DNA from: Carcharhinus longimanus
Taxonomy: Eukaryota
Length of the DNA stretch: 64,000 nucleotides
NCBI GenBank assembly: GCA_030264375.1
Contig: JASCQW010000098.1
Coordinates: 53,524,996-53,588,995 of the forward strand
Direction: 5' to 3'
A model generated the notes under the pieces. The model worked only from the letters and a program-made list of their open reading frames with translations. It had not been told where the DNA came from and did no database searches. A program made the position numbers and the translations under genes. Within the stretch, counting starts at the first letter, position 1. Each line of letters opens with the position of its first letter. Below, piece after piece: positions 47,694-59,920 of this stretch.

Positions 47694-49214
47694 ATTATGA
47701 GGGCTTCATTTGGTTTAATTGTTTTGCTGCACAGTGTTAATGGCACGGAAATACTTATTATCCAAGCTTATGCTTACAGGGAGTTGCTGTGAAAAGTATT
47801 AAATGCTGCCACCTGCAGAATTACATTACAGCCTCAGTTATTAAGCTGATGAGAGAACTATAGAAAATCAAATGCAAAAACCTGGGGGAGAGACAAAATG
47901 GTTCATTCCTTCTGGATGATTCAAACTGGGCTGCACTGGCTTTCTGAAATAGATTGTCGCCAGTTACCACGGTAATACAAATGACAATAGGGAATAATTT
48001 GATTTAAGGTTGGGTTCACATATTTAAAAAGTACTGGAACAACTTATTAAAATCAGGTGAAGGAAATGATGAGTGAAATTAAAATAGCATACCATTTAAT
48101 ATTTAATTAGAATGTGTATAACTGTGAAATCTAAACAGATGGCAAAGGTTTAAAAATGTGAATATAATTCATTTGCAATAAAAGACTGAAACATTCATCT
48201 CAGTATGTTAAAAAGTAAAATTTCATGTGTATTGGTTATTTTAAAACCATTCGTATTGGTTCCTTCAAACAGTAGCTTCCATTCTTTTATTAAATCAAAC
48301 CCTATTTTAAATTGGCATTTATCAATCCTGCTGAAGTGAATTATTTAGCTGACTTCTTGGGATTTCCTCTGGAAAGTTAAGTACTTTGTTAGGATATTTT
48401 CTGTCTGCAGAAGATAGGCAGCAGTGTTGAGTCTTCGAGAGTTATGGTAAATTGCTACTGCATTGCAGTATCAATCCAGCTGGTGCCTACCGCAGTCCCT
48501 TGGAAAGGCAGGAAGGTTTTTTTTCTCACTGATGAGGTGGCGAAGCTAGTCAATTAAAGCTTGCAACTCAACAGCCTGTGCTAAAGAAAACTATTTATTG
48601 ATTGTAATTTAATTAGATCAATTGATGGAAATCTTTAGAAGTCCACGTTGTGCAGTTGGAAGCTTTTTTAATTGTTGGTTGCTTTTACACTTTGCTTATC
48701 TTCACTGATTTTCTTCTTAACAGTGCCAGACTGTGTTATTAGTAACTGCAGAAAAACAGCTTTGCGATAAAGAAATTTGGACAAATGTATTTGGTGAAAC
48801 TAGCCTGTTTTTATTCTTCAAAATTATTTCAGTCTGCTCTCAATGTGCCAGTGGTGTAAATTATTTAATTAACTCTTCAAATGCCAATACTCATTTTTTT
48901 TAAAGAAATGTATATCACTGTTCAGATTTACTAGATTCATTTATCTCAAAATTCACACATGTAAGATTATATTTTCAGGCTCATTGCACCTGTGAATATA
49001 AGTTCGGCCAACTTTTTGTTCAGTATAACTCAATGTACTGATGCAATTTCTGACAGAATGAATCATGTCAGGGCATATCATTTTATTCTGTGAACATCTT
49101 TATGACTTTTATATCTCAAACCTTTTCCAAATTTACACTGTTCAATATAATGCATTTTAGTATCAAAGTTGTAGATATTTAAATGAAAAAAGAGTTTACA
49201 TTCCATAGATGACA

Positions 49215-49455
49215 TTGTTTTTTATTCATTTGGGGGATATGAGTGTTGCTGGCTGGCCATCATTTATTGCCCATCTGAAGTTGCCCAAGGGCAGTTGACA
49301 ATCAACCACATTGCTGTGGCTCTGGACTCACATATAGGCTAGACCAAGTATGGACAGCAGATTTCCCTCCTAAAAGATATTAGTGAACCAAATTAGTCTT
49401 TCCGACAATTGACAATGGTTTCATAATTATCAGAAGATTCTTAATTCCAGATATT
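49215..49455 (-). mobile_element. SINE family B 3' part
   Basis: TTTATTCATTTGGGG...CATTTATTGCCC...CAACCACATTGCTGTGG. Confidence 0.7.
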
Positions 49456-49633
49456 TGTAAGCCTGGAGATTTAAATATAAATTGATGTTATAGTTGTCAC
49501 ATTTATCTAATGAATAGCTATAAAAGCTTGTCTTGCCCATCATAGAAGTAAAGGTGAAAATCTCCTTTGTTTAAACAAATAATAATGAAGGATAAACCCA
49601 GCCAGATGACAAAGCTGAATTCCTGCACACCAT

Positions 49634-50340
49634 GGGCTGGATTTTCAATCTGGGGTCAGGAAGTGGAAATGGGAAATTGTCCTGCATCCTGCTTTGTAGA
49701 GTGCATTTTGAGCATGATTTTCAAATCTTCAGTTAATTTAAAGATCAGGAGCATGATTTTCAAATCTTCAGTTAATTTAAAGATCAGGAGCATGATTGTC
49801 ATTGCTCAAGGATTGCAACAAGTCTTCCAATTCTTAGGGACTAATGGGATGCTCAGCTGCACTGAGTGATCTACAGCCCCACCGGACAAGGTGGGAGCTA
49901 CCTAGCTAAAGGTGGAGATTGTGAGAGACAAACAAAGGTAAGTTTATTTTTAGATTTCTAAAAATCATAATTGCCCAGCCATGACATTGAAGGGCATCTT
50001 CTCCACTGGGTGGGCAAGGCTTGCAGCTGTGGCTCTAGCATGAGGCGTTAGTCTCCCCTTGAATCCTGAAACCACCATATTGTCCTGCATGGGCTTTCCA
50101 GATTTGCGACAGGGTATTTCAGTCAATGTGGGTACAGTGTGTTAAGAGGTCCTGTAATTAACAATAATTGGCCTTAATTGGCAGTCTGCTGCTTCCTGGT
50201 AGGTAACTGATTCGACCATTAGCCATCCTCATTCAAAATTACTCAAGATCGGCAGGGAACTGGCATGGAAACCAGTGGCATCAAATTGAATGCCTGCCCA
50301 CCTCCAATCTGGTCTGTGAGCTAATTTGAAAATATAGCCC
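49634..50340. mobile_element. Harbinger-like MITE
   Basis: TIRs GGGCTGGATTTTCAA / TTGAAAATATAGCCC (13 of 15 match). Confidence 0.65.
49710..49797 (+). repeat. Perfect 39-bp tandem duplication
   Basis: GAGCATGATTTTCAAATCTTCAGTTAATTTAAAGATCAG twice, plus 10 bp. Confidence 0.95.
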
Positions 50341-51757
50341 GTGTTGCAGACTAATCCCGGGAGAGGCTTTAAACTGTCTTATCATTTTGACAGGCAGAGA
50401 GATAAATGGCAAGGAGGGGGAAATAAAATTAAATAATTCAGTTCCAAACATATTCAAATTCTATGTATTCATATCTTAATAAAACTGCAATTTGTTAAGA
50501 ATTTAGCTTCCCCCTGTGAATCATTATCTATTACAAGAAATAATTTAGGATATTCCTACAATTTTTGGCAGTTCAAATATTCATAAAAGAATATTACTGT
50601 TTATAATTTTCTTAATGATCCTCAAGAGAAAAAGGCCTTTCTTGCCCTCGATGGCCTGTGGTTGTGTGCTTGAAGTTATTGTTCAGAATTACTTTGTATT
50701 CAGCTGTTCAATTGCAATCTGAAGTCCTTCTAAATGAAATTTCTTGTCTTATGCATAGGAAAACATCTGGCCTACGCTCTATGCTTCCTTACAACATAAC
50801 TGAGATCAGTATTCCAGTGTGTTTGGTATCATGGGCTGAAACGTCTTGTGCACTGTAGTAACTGAGTTATCCTCACTGTTTACAATAAAATACACTGTTT
50901 CTTGTACGTGCTGATCAGCCAGTGTGCCAAATGCTAACTCCTGGAAGATAGCACAATCTCAGCAATTAAACTATTTTAATAAGTGTGTTGATACCAAATC
51001 AGAAACATTGAAGATCACATCTAGTTTGAGATCACGGTTAAGTTGAAGCACCACCTTTCAGGTTGTAAAAGCAAATGTATTTCTTCTAAATAGTTTCTGC
51101 TTNNNNNNNNNNNNNNNNNNNNNNNNNNNNNNNNNNNNNNNNNNNNNNNNNNNNNNNNNNNNNNNNNNNNNNNNNNNNNNNNNNNNNNNNNNNNNNNNNN
51201 NNTAAATAGTTTCTGCTTTAGCATAGTGGTGAGCAATCATCTTGAACATAGCTAAAGTAGAAAAACATTCCGATAGACGGAGAAGGCAACCTAAGAGTCC
51301 TGGACAGATTTTTGGCTGTACAGGTTAATTCTGCAGAGTAGAATTAGAGCAGGGTGGACCAGAAGGAAATGGTGAAGAAAGATGCCATGACTCTGTATGT
51401 TTATAATTTTGTCACTAAACCGCACTTACACAAGAAACTCAGGCTATAAAATCAATAAAACAAACAACCCCCTTCAATCATACCCCTACAATTTCCACAT
51501 GCCTCATCCATGCTAAATCATACCATCTCATGTCCCCCATTCACCCATGGACCCGCATAGCCTCCATGACAGCCTATGGCACTTCCATACCCATTCAGCC
51601 AGTAAACCCACTGTGCAGAACCACTAAACCTTATAGTAACAACAGCATGTGTAAAAAAAAATTGAAACATTGCTTTCACTAGAGCCCTATAAAGGTGTCA
51701 ATCATCCAGATTATTTAAGGTATCAGTAGCAGAACTTGAAACCTCCTTAATCGAAAC

Positions 51758-51860
51758 ATAGGAATGGTGGCCATTCAGTTTGTCAAGCTCACTCTGCCAT
51801 TCAATATGATCATGGCTGATTGGGCACTTCAATGCCTTTTCCACACATTATCCCCATAGC
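51758..51860 (-). mobile_element. CR1 3' end fragment
   Basis: GGCCATTCAG...CCATTCAATATGATCATGGCTGAT matches the 37085-37405 tail. Confidence 0.65.
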
Positions 51861-52331
51861 ACTTTTGCACCTTGTCTGAATAAACATTGTGCAATTGAAA
51901 GCATAAGTGAGAGAGAAAGAGCAGTCCATCAAGTATTTTTCACTGGGGCACAACTATTTGAACAGAATAAAAGATGAGGAGCTATCAGGATGAGCATAGG
52001 TTAAGTATATATCATGATTGTTGCACTAGTTTTTGGGTGCTAAAAAAAATCTGCCCTCACAGACATTTTTGCAATTATTTAATAAAGGAAGACAAAACAC
52101 ATATTTAATAAAGGAAGACAAACCATATTTTGGAGAATTGATAATTTTAGTTTTCCAACAACACTTTTCAATTAGTTGCTCAGTAGTACAGAACTTGTGT
52201 ATTGCTGAAAAAAGAGACATTTCAAAGTTTTTCATCTTGGACTCATCAGAACACTTTGTCCCAGCAGTTGTTCACATCGGACAAGGTAGAGACCACACCC
52301 AATCAGCCTGTGCATGTAAAAAGCATCACAT

Positions 52332-53202
52332 GGGGCCCGATTTCACCAACAAGTTGCACCTGTTTTCGGGCGCAAAAACTTGGTAAAGTCGGGCATGAGG
52401 CAAGTGTCCACCTCCGGAACCATCCCCCCTTTACCAAGCGCCTAAAGTGGCCACATTCAGGACCATGCCCGAAATGGGTGCGATGGCAATGTAAATGCAT
52501 TTGCATACATTTAAGTTTGGGCTGGATGCCCAAACTTACTGGCATTTCCCCCTTTATCACCGTGTTTGTCCGTCCACATTCGGTCTGAAACAGACATGGT
52601 CCGCAAAGGTCCAATTCAGGTGCTGCACCTTCTGAGGANNNNNNNNNNNNNNNNNNNNNNNNNNNNNNNNNNNNNNNNNNNNNNNNNNNNNNNNNNNNNN
52701 NNNNNNNNNNNNNNNNNNNNNNNNNNNNNNNNNNNNNNNNNNNNNNNNNNNNNNNNNNNNNNNNNNNNNNNNNNNNNNNNNNNNNNNNNNNNNNNNNNNN
52801 NNNNNNNNNNNNNNNNNNNNNNATCAGTGGGGGGGGAAGGGGGGCAGGTGGCCGCAGATTGGTCTGTCTAGCGGGGGATGGTGTGACAAGGGGGACAGTT
52901 ATGTTGTGGGGGTGGGGCAGTGTCTGTGGGGGTTGGGGGGAAACATTATCGGGCCTGGGAGTGACGTGGCCGGGGAATGTTTTTCTATTTTCTTTACTGC
53001 ACAGGAGCAGTTGAAGGCTCTGATCGAAGCAGCAGCATTTTGGGTGTGATAAGCCCCACCCGTAGGCTTCTGCAGCTTGATTCAGATTCGCTGCTTTTTT
53101 TTCAGGCAGAATGCATATGGGAGTGACTAAGAACAGTCTAAAAGCCGGATCTGAAACACTCCCAGATTTAGCACTTGGAATCAAAATGGTAAAATAGGAT
53201 CC
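52332..53202. mobile_element. Harbinger-like non-autonomous element (gapped)
   Basis: TIRs GGGCCCGATTTCACCA / TGGTAAAATAGGATCC. Related to 32140-32979. Confidence 0.65.
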
Positions 53203-53429
53203 ACAGTATCTAACTTTAGACGTGATTCCACGATTGGACAACATTTGCTAAATAATCCTCATTATACTGCCAAGCAATTTAAGATTGCCAATAGGACTCA
53301 CAATATGGCACTTTTGCATGTACTGGAAGCTACATATATTAATACAATGGACTTGTCCCTTATAGACAGAATGAACATATACACACATTGCGCCCGTTTC
53401 ACCTAAACACATTAAGTGACAGGCATTCG

Positions 53430-53680
53430 CTGACTCATTCCTCAGGGCAATGCCTTGATCAGAGTGTAACTGCCTAGTTTAAATTTTAAACACTGCTTGG
53501 CAGTTAACTGTCAGTCAGCTGGTGCATTCTCCAAGGCAATGCTTCTACCAATCAGAATCTACTTGCCAATGCCAATCAGCATTTTCTTCTTAGGCATTAT
53601 AAGTCAGTATTCTTGCAAAATGTTTTGACGAGTGCAAGGCAAAAATCTTTGACGTCTCTTGTTTTAACATTCCTTTTTAG
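53430..53680 (+). repeat. CCAATCAG-box repeat, second copy
   Basis: GGCAATGC...CCAATCAGAATC...CCAATCAGCA...TTGACGAGTGCAAGGCAAAA. Confidence 0.5.
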
Positions 53681-54889
53681 CTCAAGTATTGATATCCTGT
53701 GCAGTAAACATAGCTAGTTCTTCCTCACTTTTTTGAGGATATATTCAAAAGACAAGGAAACAACGCTGGCATTTTACTGGGTTTCCAAGGGACCAGCTGA
53801 AAGAAGAAAATGACTGCCAAGTTGACTGATTTGACAGCGCAGGCTGCAGTTTGCAATGTGTTTTAAAAGCCAAATGGCTATATTAATACTTGTTCTATAA
53901 ACTCACATCAAATCAATGTTATCCAAAAGCTGACTCTGAATGAATAGAAGATTCAGGAAAGCAGTGTGTTACCTTTCAGGTTAGCCCAGGTCAAAGGCTT
54001 TGGTTCACAAATCTTATAGAAAATCACCAAAACCTAATGTGGGGCTGTTTCTTTTTTAAACCCTATCATTGGCACATTTGACTCTTCTGCTTCGTATTTT
54101 TGTAATTATTCTCTGTTTCCCATTCACATTGTTTTATGCCAATGGCTGAGATAATGGATAGTCTTCGTGTGCCCAAGCTGCTATCAGTGCCCTCAGCAGC
54201 CAGCTCCCAGAAAATTCTAGAGTTCAGAAAGGCACGACTTTCTTCTCTGACTTTCAATTTTGAAAATCATTCTGGCAAAAATTGACAGGAAGACTGGTTG
54301 GTACATATTACTTTAATACACCTTGTACAAGTTGAAAGTCGTGTACAATTTTCATTTTGGCGTACACCTGAAAATATCTCCCAAGGAGTTAATTACAGAA
54401 TAATCATTGGAATGATTCACTTTACCTGGAAAAACTTTGTTACTTGCAAAGTGGAGCAGTAAAGTTCCTGTCATATATTTTTCATTATTAATCTTTGTCA
54501 TTTTCTCAATATATACAATAAATATAATAAATAGTGACTGTTCCAGTTTGTATTTTATCTAGTTATTAAGTTGGGGGGTGGGGGAGCGTGATTCACGATC
54601 AACTCTTGTCCTGTTCCATTGAGGTAGGCAACGTGCAAACTTTGTGCATACCTCCTCATTTCCATGAATGTAATGTACAGCTGTGCTGCTGGCTGATTCT
54701 GTGCCAAACAGAGTATACAGAATGTGTGTGGCTTGCATAAGTTCTTAAAAGGCCCTGGTTGTTAGGAACTTTTTGCTGACTGTCTCTTCAGAAATTGGTC
54801 ATAAGGAGAAGCACCCTGAAAGGGAAGAGAGAGGGCTGCCAGTTTCAGCTCCCCTACTTGATCCCACCGATGGATTGATTTTCCTTTTC

Positions 54890-56830
54890 CATTTATTTAG
54901 GGAGGCTTTCAGAGTGTTCTTGTAGTATTTCCTTTGCCCTCCTAATGATCATTTGTTATTGTGGAATTCAGAGTAGAGCACTTGTTTTGGGCATACGGAC
55001 AATGTGCCCACCCATTGCATCTGGTAAATCATGACCAGTGCCTTGATATTGAGGATATTGGCCTGGGACAGAACATTCACATTGGTACACCTATCCTGCA
55101 GTGGGCTTGCAGGATTTTATGGAGGCAATGTTGGTAATATCTCTCCAGGGATTTGAGGTGTCTGCTGTACGTTGTTCATGTTTCCGATGCATACAGGAGG
55201 GTGGGAACCATGGCTGCTTTGTATAGCATGAGCTTGGTGGTGGATTTGAAGTCTTGGTTTTGAAAATTCTGTTCCTTAGGCATCCATAGACTGCACTGGG
55301 TGCATTGGAGTCGATACTGGATTTCATTATCAATGTCTGCCCACACCAAGGGAATGCTCCCAAGGTACAGGAAATGATCCTCATTGTCCAGGGGCATGCT
55401 GTGGATGTTGAGGGTCGGGATGGGGTGGGTGTGCAGTTTTGTATGGCAGGAGTGAGCTGGTAAAGAACCTTTGTTTTCTGGATGTTTAGTTCTGAGGCCC
55501 ATTCTCTCAAATGCCTCAGTAAATGCATTGACGATGGTTTATAGCTAAGCCTCTGAGTGTGCACACACACTGGCTTCATCTGTGTACTGCAGTTCAGTGA
55601 CAGAAGTTGGGTAGTATTGGAGGCATTGGAGGTTGTACAGATTCCCACTTGTCCAGTAGATTACCTCCATTCCAGCAGAAAGCATCAAGGTGGAGGTGAA
55701 GTGTTGCTGTGTGGAAGATGGAGAAGATCATTAGTGCGATGATGCAGCCCTGTTTGAGCCCAGTTTGCACTCGTACTGAGTCTGTGATGGTTCTGTTGAT
55801 AAAGATTGCGGCTTGTGTGTCATTGCAGAGCAGACTGAGAATGGTGATGAATTTTTGCGGGCAACTGACTTTGAGGAGAATGTTCCACAATCCCTCACAG
55901 TCGACAAAGTTGAAGGCCTTTGTGAGATTGAAAAAGATCATGTACATATGTTGATGCTGCTCCCTACACTTTTCCTGGATTTGTCATGCACTGAAGATCA
56001 TGTCCATTGTACCTTTTGATGGGCATAAGATGCACTGAGACTCAGGGAGGAGTTCTTCAGCCACTGGGAGGAGGATTCTTGGAATGACCTTTCATGTGGT
56101 TGAGAGAACTCTAATTCCATCAGACCTGTCTCCTTTTTTGAAGATGGTCACAATTAAGCTGTCTCTGTGATGCTTCCTTCCTTCCAGGTAAAGGTGATGA
56201 GGTTGTGAATTTTTGTCAAGCGTGCCTCTCTGCTCCATTTTAATACTTCAGCAGGAATTCCATCTGCAATCTGTTGTTTTTCAGCTGTTGGATGGCTTTT
56301 TCAAACTCATGACAAGCTGGATTTGCGGTGAGATGGCGGCGTGTTGCAGAATGGTGTCAAGGGCACTTGTACTGAAGGCGTGTCTTGCTTGAGGAGGTCC
56401 TTGAAGTGCTCTGTCCAGTGAGAGTTGACTACCTCTCTGTCTTTGATGAACGCCTCTCTGTTTTTGCTTCTCAGTGGAATGGGTCGCTGGGTACTCTGAC
56501 CACAAGTAGTTTTAATTGTGCTGAAGAAGCCATGCACTTCCTGTTTGTTGGCGAGTTGCTGAGCCTCTTGCACTCTTTCCACCCACCATCTGTTTTTCAT
56601 TGCACTTCGTTCTTCAGTTACCTGTAGGCTTGTTTCTTCTCACTCGAATTTTGCAAGAGCTGCCAGTTCAGGAACACCTTGTGTTTGCGCTCAGGATCAT
56701 GGATCTCCTGATCGTTTAACAAATTAATCTTGGTGTTTCCTGGTTGAGAGCCCAAGCATCTCTTCATAGTGGTTGACTGTTTTTAACTTTTAAAGCAGAC
56801 GAGGTGCTGTGGCACTCAGTGGCATTGGCT
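54890..56830 (-). mobile_element. RTE-clade LINE ORF2 remnant
   Basis: KNRWWVERVQEAQQLA...HWTEHFKDLL; FFNLTKAFNFV..EGLWNILLK.SCPQKFI; VQTGLKQGCIIA; ELQYTDEA; TKLMLYKAAMVPTLLYASET. Confidence 0.9.
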
Positions 56831-56910
56831 TGTTGGTCATTGACAGATTAGTTGTGAGGCGCCAATTGAGTAGGTTTTTCTTCTCAGGGTCTTTGAGTTT
56901 AGCAACATTG

Positions 56911-57760
56911 AGGGGGTGATTTTCCCCCCTCACCGTGCCTGCTGCAGATTGTGTCAATCCCAAAAAATAGCAGAAAGTATTGGTTTTGCACTTGGCGCCA
57001 ATTGGTTTGCAATCATTCCGTCCCTTTCTACTGCCGCAAACTGAATCACACCCAGAAAGGGCACGAGGCTGATTAACATATTTAAAATAACATTTAAATA
57101 TGCATAGCCTGTTTGACACTGGAGTCCCCCAGATTCCAGGACCTTCTGATCTTTGGGCATGGCACAAGATCGGCTAGAATCACAACTGATCTCCACGTGC
57201 AGAAACCAGGCATAATGGCCATGCCTGGGGCTTGAAGGCTGTTGAAGCCCCTGGATGGTCAGATATATGGCTGGGCAATGCCCATCTGGCAGTGCCTGTG
57301 TCCACATGGTGCACTGGCAGCACCCATAAGCACTGACCACCCCACTGACCTTCACTCAGTTCCTCATTATCATGTGGGAGGACCTCCTGCTCCCGTCCTG
57401 AGGAGAGAGACCTTTTCTGGATGGCTGGAGGAGGATCCTCTGGGAGGCCTCGCTGAATCATGTGGGAAATTATTTGGTTCTTTCAGGTGCCATTGAGAAC
57501 CTGAACAACACAAAACACCTGGCCTGCAGTGAGTGACTGCCTGTCTGGGTGCTGCTTAAATATGGTGCCTGTGAGATGACAGTAGGGCAGATAAATCCGT
57601 GTCCGCCCCACCACAAGATTTGATGAGCTCCTCACTGATGCATGACTAATGTGCCGAAAAGTGGAAGTTTGTGAGGTTCATCCTATCCAACGACCAGCAG
57701 GAATCATGTCAGCTTACCCACCCACCACAATACTTACTTTAGACTCTAGAATGCCTAAAT
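56911..57760 (-). mobile_element. Harbinger-like element with Myb/SANT-type ORF remnant
   Basis: TIR-like GGGGTGATTTTCCCC. On - strand FSEASQRILLQ...PQDGSRR and VSGVVSA resemble the Harbinger DNA-binding protein. Confidence 0.45.
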
Positions 57761-57994
57761 TTCACATAGGGGTGGCCCTAGCTACTAATACTTTTATGTC
57801 TTCCACAGGATACCTGAGTGAGAGGACCCTTACCAGGCCACTGGCAGGACCACCAGGGCTACAGTTAGCCTAGGAATGAGAAGATTTTTCTTGACCCTTT
57901 CCAATCAGGACTTTTCCCAACCCCCCAGCCAGCCTTCTTGTCCTACTATAGCAACATCCCCACCTCACTTCCCAGCCCACCCGTGATTAACAAG

Positions 57995-58125
57995 GGCGAA
58001 AGGTTATCGTTGGTAGGCAGGAATGTGGGGTCAAGGTTACAATCAGGTTATCCATGAAATCTTTGTATGACAGAGCAGACTTGAGGGGCCCAGTGGCCTA
58101 CTCATGCTTCTAATTTATATGTTGT
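57995..58125 (+). mobile_element. CR1 3' end fragment
   Basis: GAGCAGACTTGAGGGGCCCAGTGGCCTACTCATGCTTCTAATTTATATGTT. Confidence 0.6.
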
Positions 58126-59286
58126 ATTAAATACCACCCTTCCTGTTGCATACTTGTCTTCTAGTGACTGATTATTGCAATACGTTTTGCCCTCAACCTG
58201 AGAGAAGCCATCCACTGTTGCAAATCACAGATCTCTCCCATTCTGGTTCTTAGTGTGCATTGTGAAGGGAATATAATGGTTTGTCCAGCTCAGAAGGCAT
58301 TGTTGACCTGCTTGTTGCAGCCAAATTGGGAATTGTATATGATGCCCCATGCAGCAGGTTTGAAGGAGCCTTTGCAGAAAACAATATGAGTAGAAGTGAC
58401 TTTCAGCACATGATGCTGCAAAGGGTGCATGGAACAGCAACAGACTTTCTGACGAAGCACAACCTCTTTATGCCCTGATCTTAAGAGATATCCAAATCTG
58501 CTCTGAGCAGCTCTTCTTGCCTTCGAACGGTTCTTTGAACAGAACTATTTGCTATATTTCTGGCAGTTGAAGCTGCTACTGATCCTTTTCCTCCAAATGG
58601 TTTGTTCATCCAAAGGAATGAACCAAAAATCATCTGTGATCAGCAGTGAGTGTTTAATGAGAATAAATAAGGGAGACAAAATAGCTAATTCAGGATAGAT
58701 TTGTAAAAGTCTGACTAATCTAGATTTTTTTTGGAATCACTAGCAAGGGGGACAGAGCAGTTTCTATTTCTGTTGTCTGTATGGGTTTCCAAATTGCTTT
58801 TGATATGTTCCACACAAGAGGTAATTGGCAAAAATGCATGGAATTTGAGATAGCTTTGTGACGTTAATTAGTAATTGATTGTGAGACAGGAGATTACGGG
58901 TGGTGATCACAGAGAAGGGGGGGTGTGGTTCATGTCCATGGGGGTGGTGGGAGAGGGCAGTGTCCATAGCCAGGTGGGGAGTGACAGATTTTCCAGTATA
59001 CAGTGTACATTGGTGCCCCTAGTGCTCAGCAACCAGCTTCCTGTTGAGCTGTATCTCAATGCTTCTCCCTTCCTCCACCTCCCGCTACTACCAAGATTCA
59101 TATAATGGTCTTTATTGCACAGAGTGCCAGAAATTACCACCATTTAGCCCTCTGGAAAAACAAGCGCGAAAACGTCCCATTTTCTCACCCATTTTACACT
59201 TAGAATTATTCTGAGAAAATTCCACCCATTAAGTGCAATAGATAGGAACATAAAAGCATACAAACAGACTGGACAATATTTACTAT

Positions 59287-59920
59287 GGGTTTCAGGGCCC
59301 TAATGCCAGAATGGAGATCCCAAGTTGAATGGAAGTGGGGCTTCCAAAGGCCTCCTAATTAACTGCCAATGAGTTTGCCATTCAATTAAGGACAGTGGGT
59401 AAGTGATGTAAATGAAGCCAACCAATTAGAGGGCCAGCAGTTCAAGAGCCTTGACAGCCCCACAGGAGAGGTGGTGATACTGAGGCAGATCAATGATTGA
59501 GAGGGTACCTAAATATGGTGGCACCCTTAAGACGTTACATTTTAAATTAAAAAATCAGAACGGTCAGCAGGAAGGTTTCTTTGGATGGTACATTAGGGGC
59601 ACGGTGGTAATCTTCCCTCCTGCAACTCCCTCTTTGGACAATGGAGACTCCAGCAACAATGGTCCCTTGGGCTATCACAGGGAGGGCATATCCATGAAGC
59701 TGGCAGCCATGATTGTGGCAGGGAATCTCATTGCCTGAGAAACTGCTGGCAGCACAGGAAAATTCACTTAATAAGCCTCTATTTAAATAGGCTGGAGATA
59801 GGCAACAGATCCACAGCCATTTTCACCATTTGGAAACAACCTGGTGGAGGGACGACATCAAGAAGCTACTTTCCTGGCACTTCCCTAGCCTGACACCCCA
59901 AGGCCAGGAATATTCTAACC
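59287..59920. mobile_element. Degraded Harbinger-like element
   Basis: GC-rich island with CCAATTAGAGGG motifs, similar in character to 11203-11920. Confidence 0.3.

Noticed and set aside
48525-48552. CTGATGAGGTGGCGAAGCTAGTC as a hammerhead ribozyme
   Set aside because: Has GAAG instead of the invariant GAAA, and no convincing stem I.
49710-49797. CRISPR-like repeat
   Set aside because: The units are contiguous with no spacers, and the context is a vertebrate intron.
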